The translations under genes and the position numbers were made by a program. From positions 111,969 to 175,968 of the forward strand of contig JBHGBA010000003.1 of assembly GCA_041946775.1 (NCBI GenBank): a stretch of 64,000 nucleotides of DNA, in the 5' to 3' direction. Under the pieces are notes generated by a model. That model was not told the origin of the DNA, made no database searches, and saw only the letters and a list, made by a program, of their open reading frames with translations. Origin of the DNA: Terriglobales bacterium. Its GTDB lineage: Bacteria; Acidobacteriota; Terriglobia; Terriglobales; Acidobacteriaceae. Positions 35,872 to 44,185 of the stretch are shown one piece after another. How positions within the stretch are numbered: the stretch's first letter is position 1; each line of letters starts with the position of its first letter.

Positions 35872-36543
35872 TCAGGCGTGCACTACGGCGGCCGATATCG
35901 CCTCGCGGAGCCGCTCGCAATCTGCACTGGAGAGATTCGTGAACTCAAAACCGTAATGAAACCCGCGGCGGTAACGCACGACCGCCTGCACCGTCCAGCC
36001 GGGAGCGTTCGGCAGATCACACTTTAGAGTGACCGCTTCGCCGACTTCCAGTTCTTCGGGGACCACGGCGCCCAATCCGTTGTCACCGATATCGCGCACA
36101 CGGCCGTACACGTCTTTGCCGCGCGACGGTCGCGTGAGCTTCAGCAGTTCATCTAGCGGTAAGCGCGGCGCGCGCCGGCGTTCCTGGCGGCCGCTTTCAT
36201 CCCCGGGCGACAGCGGCGCCAGTGCTTCGATGGTTGCCACCGTTGCGATCTGATTTGCCAGTTCCCGGCGCAGGCGGCTGATGGCGATCTGCTGATGAAA
36301 GACGAACACGTCGAACAGCAACACCAATCCCAGCAGTCCCCAAACCGCGCGGTGCAGGGTAGCGCGGTCCAGGTTGGTGGCCGCTCCATACGGTGCGATC
36401 AAGACGACCCCCAGCGTCAGCGCCAGCATGATTAACAGCGCCACGCTCCACCGCCACCACTCCCGGCGTTCGAGGCGCGTCAGCGTGGCGCACATCTCTG
36501 TCAGCTTAAGGTCCTTCACGTTCTCCGGCAGTTGTTGTGCCAT
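35872..36543 (-). CDS. membrane-anchored PilZ-domain protein
   Basis: Two TM helices, then RRAPR (RxxxR) and DIGDNG (DxSxxG-like) PilZ motifs. Confidence 0.65.
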   Translation of the reverse strand: MAQQLPENVKDLKLTEMCATLTRLERREWWRWSVALLIMLALTLGVVLIAPYGAATNLDRATLHRAVWGLLGLVLLFDVFVFHQQIAISRLRRELANQIATVATIEALAPLSPGDESGRQERRRAPRLPLDELLKLTRPSRGKDVYGRVRDIGDNGLGAVVPEELEVGEAVTLKCDLPNAPGWTVQAVVRYRRGFHYGFEFTNLSSADCERLREAISAAVVHA

Positions 36544-36617
36544 AGCTCGTCTCCGCAGACGGCCTGCAATTGCCAACTCTACGACCGCTGCCATCGCGAG
36601 GGAAAGTCTCACGCGTG

Positions 36618-36640
36618 GTTACGGCAGTGCTTGCCGTAAC
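36618..36640. promoter_or_regulatory. perfect 9-bp inverted repeat GTTACGGCA-gtgct-TGCCGTAAC
   Basis: Lies about 75 nt upstream of the PilZ gene start. There is no T-tract on either side. Confidence 0.25.
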
Positions 36641-36788
36641 GATAGTAAGTGTCAAAGCGGACCAGCGAGGCCGTCCTTGCCATAAACAGCTCACCTCCGC
36701 CGGCATCTGCGCCATCGTTCCCAGAATGGGACAGGATCCGCGGTCGCGCGCCCCTGCACGCAACGCCGCGGCAGCTACTTAGGTTCTA

Positions 36789-36819
36789 AGAGAGCGAGAG
36801 AGAGAGAGAAAGAGAGACG
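36789..36819. repeat. homopurine (GA)n-rich tract
   Basis: aagagagcgagagagagagagaaagagagacga, in the divergent intergenic region about 35 nt before the ATG at 36854. Confidence 0.8.
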
Positions 36820-36853
36820 ATTCCTGGTTCGTTCGTTTTTCGGATCACGCCTC

Positions 36854-37114
36854 ATGAGCACCGCGCATTGGCACAGTGATACCTTCCATCCGGAGCAAAC
36901 GCCGCGACTTGATGACGGCGAGCGGTTGCTGCTACCGCGTCACGGCGCAGCCTTTTTGTTCGTCGCCGTCGTCAAGATGATTGGTCTCCTGGTTATTCTC
37001 GCCGCAGCGTACGTGGCCTACTCGTGGTTGTGGGGACATGGGTGGCTCGCCAAATCAGCATGTCTGTTGATTTGGCTGTTGCTTGGAATCCTTCTGAGGC
37101 CGGGAGCAGAATAG
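36854..37114 (+). CDS. small two-TM membrane protein
   Basis: 86 aa with two hydrophobic helices and no recognised family. Confidence 0.4.
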   Translation: MSTAHWHSDTFHPEQTPRLDDGERLLLPRHGAAFLFVAVVKMIGLLVILAAAYVAYSWLWGHGWLAKSACLLIWLLLGILLRPGAE

Positions 37115-37116
37115 AA

Positions 37117-37342
37117 CCTTCCCGTTCCCCGTTCCCCGTTCTCCGCTTTCCGTCTTTCGCCCCCACCCCTGTGTGTTTCGAGTGACGCGTGTCTTTCTGT
37201 ACCTCAGAGTCTTCTGTGGTTCGATGGTTGTCCTGCTCGCATCCACGTCTGGTTCTGGCGACACCTATATGCCGGAGAGGGAAAGCGGGGAACGGAAAAC
37301 GAATACGAAGAACGGGAAACAGGAAACGGGTAACGGGCAACG
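37117..37342. repeat. inverted heptamer arrays, (CCCGTTC/CCCGTTT)n ... (GGGAAAC/GGAAACG)n
   Basis: Left arm about 37117-37160 and right arm about 37275-37342. The element fills the gap between convergent stops at 37114 and 37345. It uses the same heptamer family as 692-896 and 44186-44359. Confidence 0.8.
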
Positions 37343-37344
37343 GT

Positions 37345-37887
37345 CTACGTCGCCGTATTCCCCGTATTCGCCAGCACGCGGTTGTGGCAGACGGCGCAGA
37401 GGTGCGGCTCTTTCAGGTCAATCCATTCCACCGAGTGGGAGGCTGACATTACGCAGCCGTAATCGTCGCAATGCGTGAGCTCCAGCGTGTGGCCGAGTTC
37501 ATGCACCGCCTCTTTCAGCAGCCTTTCGCCCAGAATCCCGCGATCTGCGGGAAGACCGTAAAACTCCTGCCGCAAACGATGCGTCGAGACCAGCGCACAC
37601 CGCCCGCCGAGTTGCGCTTCGCCGAATACAAAGGTCAGAATGGGGATATAAAGATCCACGGCCGCCACCCCCAGCACCCGCCAGGAGCGCGGGCCAACGA
37701 ACGCTTGCATGCGCGCCAGGATCTCCGACGAATAATATTGCCGCCGCTCCGGATGGAAGGCGAACTCCACACTCAAGCTATTTTCCAGTAGCTCACACGA
37801 CACGCGGAACACACGCCCCATACGCGCGCGCAAGTCCTCGAGCAGGCGGCGGTCGATTTCGCCGATGGCTAGCAACTGCAGGTTCAT
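37345..37887 (-). CDS. amzA: archaemetzincin-type zinc metallopeptidase (M54-like)
   Basis: HELGHTLELTHC (HExxHxxGxxH) followed by CVMSAS...CAVCH zinc-ribbon-like cysteines. The ATG overlaps the regulator TGA (ATGA). Confidence 0.8.
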   Translation of the reverse strand: MNLQLLAIGEIDRRLLEDLRARMGRVFRVSCELLENSLSVEFAFHPERRQYYSSEILARMQAFVGPRSWRVLGVAAVDLYIPILTFVFGEAQLGGRCALVSTHRLRQEFYGLPADRGILGERLLKEAVHELGHTLELTHCDDYGCVMSASHSVEWIDLKEPHLCAVCHNRVLANTGNTAT

Positions 37888-39242
37888 CGCGCTTCGGCCG
37901 TGGTCTTGCTCCAACCATACTTCTTCAGCTTGTTATGCAGGGTGACGCGGTCGATATCGAGCACCTCGGCCGCCCGCGTCTGGTTCCCGCCGCACTCTTC
38001 CAGCACGCGCAGTATATGCGCCTTCTCGATCTCCTCCAGCGAGCGTCCCTCGGGATTGCTTCCGTTGCGCGGCTTCAGGATGAAGTCCTGCTCGCGCAGT
38101 TCGGGCTCCTGTGCTACCACCATAGCGCGCTCCACCGCGTTCTCCAGTTCACGCACATTGCCCGGCCACGGATAAGACTGCAATGCGTACATGGCCGCCG
38201 GCGCCACCCGCGTGATCTTCTTGTTCATTTCCTTGGAGAACTTGCGGATGAAATGGTCCACCAGCAGGGGAATGTCCTCTTTGCGCTCGCGCAACGACGG
38301 CAACTCGATCTGGAAGACGTTCAGCCGGTAATACAGGTCGGGACGGAACTTGCCCTGCTCGATGAGTTCGTCGAAGTTCTTGTTGGTTGCGGCCACACAA
38401 CGGAAATCCACCTTAATGGGCTGGTTGCCCCCGACACGCACGATTTCCCGCTCCTGCAACACGCGCAGCAGGTCGGTTTGCGTCTTCAGGCTGATGTCCC
38501 CGATCTCGTCGAGAAAGACGGTACCCCCCTCAGCGATCTCGAACTTGCCCTTTTTGCGGTACTGTGCGCCGGTGAATGCGCCCTTTTCGTGGCCGAACAG
38601 TTCGCTTTCCAGCAACGTCTCGGTCAAGGCGCCGCAGTGGATCACAACCAGCGGATGGTATCGCCGCGGACTCGCCGCATGGATGGCGCGCGCCACCAAC
38701 TCCTTGCCGGTGCCGCTTTCGCCGGTGATGAGCACTGTCGCATCCGTCGGACCGACGGTCTCGATTGCGTCGAACACGCGCTTCATCGCCAGGCTCTGCC
38801 CAATGAGGTCGGGCGGATGCGCCACCTCGGTCATCTCTTTCAGGCGCTCGACTTCTTTCTGCGTGGCGCGCTCGGCCAGCGCTTTTTTCACCTTGTGCGC
38901 CACCTCGTCGGGATCCAGCGGCTTGGTCAGGTAGTCGTAAGCGCCATTCTTCATCGCCTGCACCGCGGTATCCACTGACGCGTAGCCAGTCATGATGATG
39001 GTGATGAGCTGCGGATCGATTTCGCGCATCTTGCGCTGCAACTCGATGCCGTCGGTGCCGCGCATCTTGATGTCCACCAGGGCAACGTCCCACTTCTGTT
39101 CCGCCATTCGGGTCAGCGCGTCGCTCGCGCCCTCAGCCGTGCCGATGTCGTACCCTTCTTCGCGGAACCATTTGCCCAGCGAATCGCGCACGCTCAACTC
39201 ATCATCCACGATGAGCAATTTGCCTCTCGGATTCACCTTCAC
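37884..39242 (-). CDS. sigma-54-dependent response regulator (NtrC family)
   Basis: REC domain, GESGTGKE, ELFGHEKGAFTGA and a C-terminal HTH (AAEVLDIDRVTL). The start may be the GTG at 39242 or 39236. Confidence 0.9.
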   Translation of the reverse strand: MKVNPRGKLLIVDDELSVRDSLGKWFREEGYDIGTAEGASDALTRMAEQKWDVALVDIKMRGTDGIELQRKMREIDPQLITIIMTGYASVDTAVQAMKNGAYDYLTKPLDPDEVAHKVKKALAERATQKEVERLKEMTEVAHPPDLIGQSLAMKRVFDAIETVGPTDATVLITGESGTGKELVARAIHAASPRRYHPLVVIHCGALTETLLESELFGHEKGAFTGAQYRKKGKFEIAEGGTVFLDEIGDISLKTQTDLLRVLQEREIVRVGGNQPIKVDFRCVAATNKNFDELIEQGKFRPDLYYRLNVFQIELPSLRERKEDIPLLVDHFIRKFSKEMNKKITRVAPAAMYALQSYPWPGNVRELENAVERAMVVAQEPELREQDFILKPRNGSNPEGRSLEEIEKAHILRVLEECGGNQTRAAEVLDIDRVTLHNKLKKYGWSKTTAEAR

Positions 39243-39258
39243 TCTCCTCCCACAACGC

Positions 39259-39335
39259 TGTCATCCTGAGGCCGCTTGCTTTTGGCGGCCAAAGGACCTG
39301 GCGCGAGCGACCGGCGCCGGCGGGCCGGTGTTGCC
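39259..39335. repeat. copy 1 of the TGTCATCCTGRGG...AAGGAYC...GGCCGG element
   Basis: Aligns by eye (roughly two thirds identity) with 45565-45640. Both copies lie about 15 nt upstream of a minus-strand start codon. Confidence 0.6.
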
Positions 39336-39366
39336 CGCCACCTGCTGCGCCGGCGCGAGCCCCTGT

Positions 39367-41100
39367 TCATTCCCCCGCACGCTGCGCCTTGGTGCGCTCC
39401 TCGCTTCCCGCCGCCGTGTCCAGAGGCAGGAAGATGTAGAAGCACGTACCACGCCCCACCTGGGACTCGACTTCGATCTGTCCCTGATGGCGGTCGATGA
39501 TGGTCTTGCTGATCGCCAATCCCAGCCCCACGCCTTTGCCGGTTTCTTTGGTGGTCATGAATGGCTCAAAGATCTTCGAACGGATCTCCGGCGGGATACC
39601 GCTGCCGTCGTCACGCACTTGCAATTCCACCTGACGGCTGTTCGGCAGATACCGCGTGCGCAGCCACAGGTTTCCACCGCGCGGCATGGCGTCATTGGCG
39701 TTCATGATCAGCGCCAGCAAGACCTGTTCGATCTGCGCGCTGTCGCAGTGCACCATTGGCAGGTCTGGCGCCAGGTCAAGTTGCGCCTGAATGCTGTTAA
39801 GCTCCAACTGGTGCTGCACCAGGCGGAGGCAACGGTCCACCACTTTGTTCAGGTCCACCCACGACAGGTTCATGGGCGCGCTGCGCGAGAAGGTAAGCAG
39901 GTTGCGCACCAGGTCGCCGCAGCGCCGGCTCTCCTCCTCCACCATATCCAGGCACTGGCGTGCTTCGCCGAGCCGCTCCGGACGACGCTCCAGATCGCCG
40001 CTGTCGATCCATTTCTTGATCAACTTGGCGTAGGTCAGAATGCCGGACAGCGGATTATTGACCTCGTGGGCCACCACCGCCGCCAGCTTGCCGATGGATG
40101 CCATCTTCTCCACCTGGAGCAGGTGTTCGTGCGCCTTCTGTAATTCGTTGGTTTTCTCTTGAACGCGCTCTTCCAGCGTGCGCGCCCATGAGGTAACTTC
40201 CTCGTTGGCGTCGCGCAGCCTGAGGCTCATCAGGTTGAACGATTCCGCCAGTTCCCCCAGTTCGTCACTTGACGCCACGGGAATCTGCCAGCCCAGTTCG
40301 CCTTCCGTCAGTTGCTTGGTACCGGCTTTCAGCGCCCTGACCGGCCGGTGAACCAGACGCCACACGAACAGCCAGCTCAGGATCGAAATGCCCACCATCG
40401 CCACCAGCGTGTAGATCACCATCTGCATGCTGGTCTCGTGCAGGTTGGCATCGGCCGTCTTCAGCGACATATTGATGTCGAGCACGCCGAGGATCTGCTG
40501 TTCCGGCGGATGGGCGTGACATGCCGCGTTGGAACAGCCGGGCTCGTTCTCGATGGGGTTGATGACGCCGAGCACACGCGCCCCGTTTGGCTTGTAAATG
40601 CGGAAGCGGTCGGGGCGATTCAGCTTGACCAGCGGCTGCGCCTGCGCGTGGCACGCATAACACGCCTCGGCGCCCATATCCACCTGCTGGTTGATTTCTG
40701 ACGGCTCGCTGGAATACCGGATCCGCCCTTCACGATCGAAAATGCGCACCCGTACGATGCCGGGCTCCACCCCAACCGTGCGGATGATGTGGTACATGGC
40801 TTCACGATCGTTGCGCAGCATGTGGTACTGCGTGCTGCGCTTGATCGTGTCGCTGACCCGCTCGGCGGCGCTCAGCGTCGCACCTTCGAGGTGCTGCCGG
40901 TGCAGCCGGACATTGGCAAAGCCCAGCAGACCGAAGGTGACGGCCAGCGCCCCCACCAGCACCGTGATCAGCTTGGCACCCAGGCTGCGGTGGACATTGC
41001 GCCAGTAGCCCCCACCGAAGGCACCCTCCAACAGACCCGGATTGCCCGGGAGCCCACTTTCCATGGGCTCCCGCGGAGTTTGCTCAGTCGCCTGAAACAT
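39367..41100 (-). CDS. sensor histidine kinase with HAMP domain and CxxCH-containing outer loop
   Basis: Two TM helices flank a loop of about 160 aa carrying CYACH and CSNAACH. HAMP domain, H-box [11 protein letters not shown] and HATPase DDGSGI/GVGLGLA. The start is 41100 or 41064. Confidence 0.85.
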   Translation of the reverse strand: MFQATEQTPREPMESGLPGNPGLLEGAFGGGYWRNVHRSLGAKLITVLVGALAVTFGLLGFANVRLHRQHLEGATLSAAERVSDTIKRSTQYHMLRNDREAMYHIIRTVGVEPGIVRVRIFDREGRIRYSSEPSEINQQVDMGAEACYACHAQAQPLVKLNRPDRFRIYKPNGARVLGVINPIENEPGCSNAACHAHPPEQQILGVLDINMSLKTADANLHETSMQMVIYTLVAMVGISILSWLFVWRLVHRPVRALKAGTKQLTEGELGWQIPVASSDELGELAESFNLMSLRLRDANEEVTSWARTLEERVQEKTNELQKAHEHLLQVEKMASIGKLAAVVAHEVNNPLSGILTYAKLIKKWIDSGDLERRPERLGEARQCLDMVEEESRRCGDLVRNLLTFSRSAPMNLSWVDLNKVVDRCLRLVQHQLELNSIQAQLDLAPDLPMVHCDSAQIEQVLLALIMNANDAMPRGGNLWLRTRYLPNSRQVELQVRDDGSGIPPEIRSKIFEPFMTTKETGKGVGLGLAISKTIIDRHQGQIEVESQVGRGTCFYIFLPLDTAAGSEERTKAQRAGE

Positions 41101-42280
41101 TGGCCACCGCCGCCTTCGCGGCTGGCGCCGGCTCGCCGGCTGCGGCCGGAGCTGCGGCTGCATGGTGTTCTTCCTCGAAGATCGGCAAATACTTGGCTGC
41201 CACTGCGAAAATGAAGAACCCCGCCGCAACCATCGCCGCCGTGATGCCGTACTCCGTCCACTTCGGCACGTAGCGCACGCCCGAGACCGTCTCCATGCCG
41301 GTAATGCTGACGTTCAACCGGTTGGTGACGAAGCCGAGCAGCACCAGGATGGCCGACCAGTACAGGCCCTGCGCGGTGGTCCGGATCTTCTTGAAGGCCA
41401 GCATGATCAGCGGCACCACCAGGCCCATGCCCAACTCCAGCAGCAGCATGTTCCGCTCGTAGGCGTCTGCTCCCGGATTGACGATCTTGCTCAACATGCC
41501 GCGATGCAGCAGGTCCTCGAACTTGAGGATCGAGTACACCGTCAGCGCGACGATCAGCACCCGCCCCAGCTCCTGCACGATGGGCAACTCAAGCTGCTTC
41601 CGGAAGTACTTGGCGCTCATGGACGATTCGAAGATCGTCATCGCCAGGCCCACGCAGATTGCCGAGAGGAAGAAGAACACCGGCAACAGCGGCGTGTACC
41701 AGAAGGGGTGCAGCTTGTTGGGCACGATCAGGTACACCGTGCCCAGCGAACTCTGGTGCAGGGTGGAGAGGAGCACGCCCGCGATTACCAGCGGGATGAG
41801 CACGCCGCGGATGATCCTCAGCGGTTTCTCCAGCTTGAAGCGCTCCAGTACGATGGGGCTGAACTCCAGCGACAGTACCGCCGTGTAGAGCATGACGCAA
41901 TAGGCCACCTCAAACATGACCGAGTGCGGGTTGCGCATGATCAGTGGGTGCCAGATATTGTAGGGACGTCCCAGGTCCACCAGCAGGGCAATCGAAACCA
42001 GCAGGTAACCCAGGAAGGCGGTCAGGATGGTTGGCCGGATAATCGGGTGCCAGCGCTTGATGTTCAGGATGTGCACCGCCGCTGTCAGGGTAAACCCGCC
42101 GGCCGCCAGCATCACGCCGCACAACACATCAAAGCCGATCCAGATGCCCCAGGGGAAATTGTCGTTCAGGTTCGACGCCGGTCCGATGCCCTGTGTGAAG
42201 CGGATAAAGACACCGTAGATCCCGATCGCCATCGTGACCAGGAAGATTACCCGCCAGAATGTCAGCTTGGGCAGCCTCAT
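41084..42280 (-). CDS. NrfD/PsrC/HybB-like polytopic quinone-interacting membrane protein
   Basis: About 10 TM helices. FPWGIWIGFDVLCGVMLAAGGF and GRPYNIWHP motifs are typical of the NrfD family. ATGA overlap with the FeS gene. Confidence 0.8.
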   Translation of the reverse strand: MRLPKLTFWRVIFLVTMAIGIYGVFIRFTQGIGPASNLNDNFPWGIWIGFDVLCGVMLAAGGFTLTAAVHILNIKRWHPIIRPTILTAFLGYLLVSIALLVDLGRPYNIWHPLIMRNPHSVMFEVAYCVMLYTAVLSLEFSPIVLERFKLEKPLRIIRGVLIPLVIAGVLLSTLHQSSLGTVYLIVPNKLHPFWYTPLLPVFFFLSAICVGLAMTIFESSMSAKYFRKQLELPIVQELGRVLIVALTVYSILKFEDLLHRGMLSKIVNPGADAYERNMLLLELGMGLVVPLIMLAFKKIRTTAQGLYWSAILVLLGFVTNRLNVSITGMETVSGVRYVPKWTEYGITAAMVAAGFFIFAVAAKYLPIFEEEHHAAAAPAAAGEPAPAAKAAVANVSGD

Positions 42281-43053
42281 TTCGCACCCCCATTCCTCTT
42301 GGCTTCTTTCTCCCGGGCCTCGGCCGCGGCCACTTCCTCGCGGCGGTGCGTGATCCACCACGTGCCGCCCAGCACCGCGCCCGCCAGGGGCAGGAAATCG
42401 GGGATACGCGACAGCACGCGATAGGTGTACATGGGCAACGGATCTGTCACCAGGTCATTGCGGTAGCCGAACTCGGTGAAGGGAATGGAGGATAGCAGCA
42501 GCACACTGGTGCCGCCCACTTCGTGTTCCCCGTAGATGTGGTTAACGTAGGTGCCCGGGTTGTCGTGGATGCGCTTGCGGGCTTCGGCCAGCAGTTCTTC
42601 GCGCTCGCCGAACTTCGTCGCCCCTGTGGGGCATGCCTCAGTGCAGGCGGTCGGCAGGCCCTTTTCGACTCGGTCCGAGCACATGATGCACTTCTGTACC
42701 TTGGGGGTCAGGTTGTTTGTCCACTCGTACTTGGGCACCCCGAACGGGCAGGCCAGCATGCAGTACCGGCAGCCCATGCACTTGTAGGCATCGTAGGCAA
42801 CCGGCCCCGCTGCCATCTTATGTAATGCGCCCACCGGGCACACCGAAGCGCACGCCGGGTCTTCGCAGTTCATGCACAACTTGCGCATGAACTTGTCATC
42901 TTTGGCTAGTACCACCGTGTACTTATGGTCCGACTGGACCGTTTCCGCGGCGATAGTCTCGTCATACTTTAAGTTGTTTTTCTCCGCGCACGCCTGCTCG
43001 CATTGCTTGCAGCCGATGCACTGAGTGGCGTCGTATAGGATTGCCTTGCTCAT
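42277..43053 (-). CDS. NrfC/HybA-like four-cluster 4Fe-4S protein with a C-terminal TM anchor
   Basis: CIGCKQCEQAC, CMNCEDPACASVCP, CMGCRYCMLACP and CIMCSDR...ACTEACP motifs. C-terminal helix LPLAGAVLGGTWWI. No N-terminal signal is visible. Confidence 0.85.
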   Translation of the reverse strand: MSKAILYDATQCIGCKQCEQACAEKNNLKYDETIAAETVQSDHKYTVVLAKDDKFMRKLCMNCEDPACASVCPVGALHKMAAGPVAYDAYKCMGCRYCMLACPFGVPKYEWTNNLTPKVQKCIMCSDRVEKGLPTACTEACPTGATKFGEREELLAEARKRIHDNPGTYVNHIYGEHEVGGTSVLLLSSIPFTEFGYRNDLVTDPLPMYTYRVLSRIPDFLPLAGAVLGGTWWITHRREEVAAAEAREKEAKRNGGAK

Positions 43054-43549
43054 GAGAAAAGTCTCCGGAAAGACCCCGAAGTCGCAGGTGCGCAGTTCGG
43101 CTTCGGTTCCTCAGCGATATGTAGGGTATGAAAAGTATGAACAGCTCAGGACCCGTGGACTTCCGAATGACTACTGGATAAGGAGCGAGCAAACAGTGGC
43201 TGGGCGATACCGCAGGAAAAAAGAGTAAGAAAAGGACTGCGTACAGCGGGAGCGTCTCCCCCCCACTGTTGCGGAAGCTCGATGCGGGCCCTGCGGGTCT
43301 CGCCTCAGGGCCCGGAACGTTGCTAACTCGGCTGCTCGATGCCGATGCGTCCTGAATACGGAACGGCGCAACGGCCAGTCTGGGTCGATGTTGAATCAGC
43401 CGGATTGTCGGATGGGCTTCCTGGCGGGCGCTGATGCATCCCAGCCCGAGGCCCGTGGCTGACCGCTTCACAGTGACACCCCGTACCTTCCGCCGAGCCC
43501 ACGCTCTGGCCTGGGCGCCGGCCGTGACGACGGGACTCCCTTGGTTAGC

Positions 43550-43846
43550 TTACTTAAGACCCTTGAGGTAATCGCCGATCGCCTTCACCTGCTCGGCATT
43601 CACCTTCTTGGCCACGGCAGCGTGCTTCGGGGTTTCCAAAGCCTTCTTCACATCCGCTTCCGTCTTGCCCTTCACCGCCGGCGCCTTTACCGCCGGCTTA
43701 CCGGCGGCATCCGCGCCGTGGCAAGCCACGCAGTTCGTCTTGTACAGCGCCGCACCGTCCTCTGCCGCCCACGACAGATTCGGCAGAGCTACAAACAGCA
43801 ACAGAGCAAGTCCCGCTACCAGGGCCGCAAGCTTCGTCATCTTCAT
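43550..43846 (-). CDS. monohaem class I c-type cytochrome
   Basis: AAGGAGG RBS, signal peptide, and a single CVACH with a downstream Met-poor c-type fold. Confidence 0.8.
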   Translation of the reverse strand: MKMTKLAALVAGLALLLFVALPNLSWAAEDGAALYKTNCVACHGADAAGKPAVKAPAVKGKTEADVKKALETPKHAAVAKKVNAEQVKAIGDYLKGLK

Positions 43847-44185
43847 GATTTCCACTTCCTCCTTGAAACGTATGCTTCTCTGACCTCACAACTCCGGCGC
43901 CGGCCTCGCTTGTGGGCGAAGCCATCAGGCACCAGACGCTGTGCCTTACCTCGAAAGCTAAGCTGCTCTCGCTGTGCTCTCTGGGAAAGTTTCCTGCTTC
44001 AGGAATGGTTTTGGATGTGATTCGCCTCACGTCCAGGCGTGATCTTTTGGCTAACTTGTGGAGAGTTTCATCACTTTTTCGTCGAAATTCGAAACCTAGC
44101 GACTCACATGCGTTGAAATTCTCAGCAGCGGAGCGCTACGACGAGTATGCGGATTCCACTTGTTCTGTTGTGAGATTCAGCAATC

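Noticed and set aside
40968-40985. TGGCAC-N5-CTGC sigma-54-like match (ttggcacccaggctgcg)
   Set aside because: It lies on the plus strand inside the minus-strand kinase coding region, with no downstream plus-strand gene.
42962-43471. 169-aa ORF filling the cytochrome c / FeS gene gap; possible missing catalytic subunit or pseudogene remnant
   Set aside because: The translation is low-complexity (Arg/Ser/Pro-rich). It overlaps the FeS gene start and carries no molybdopterin, haem or other motif.
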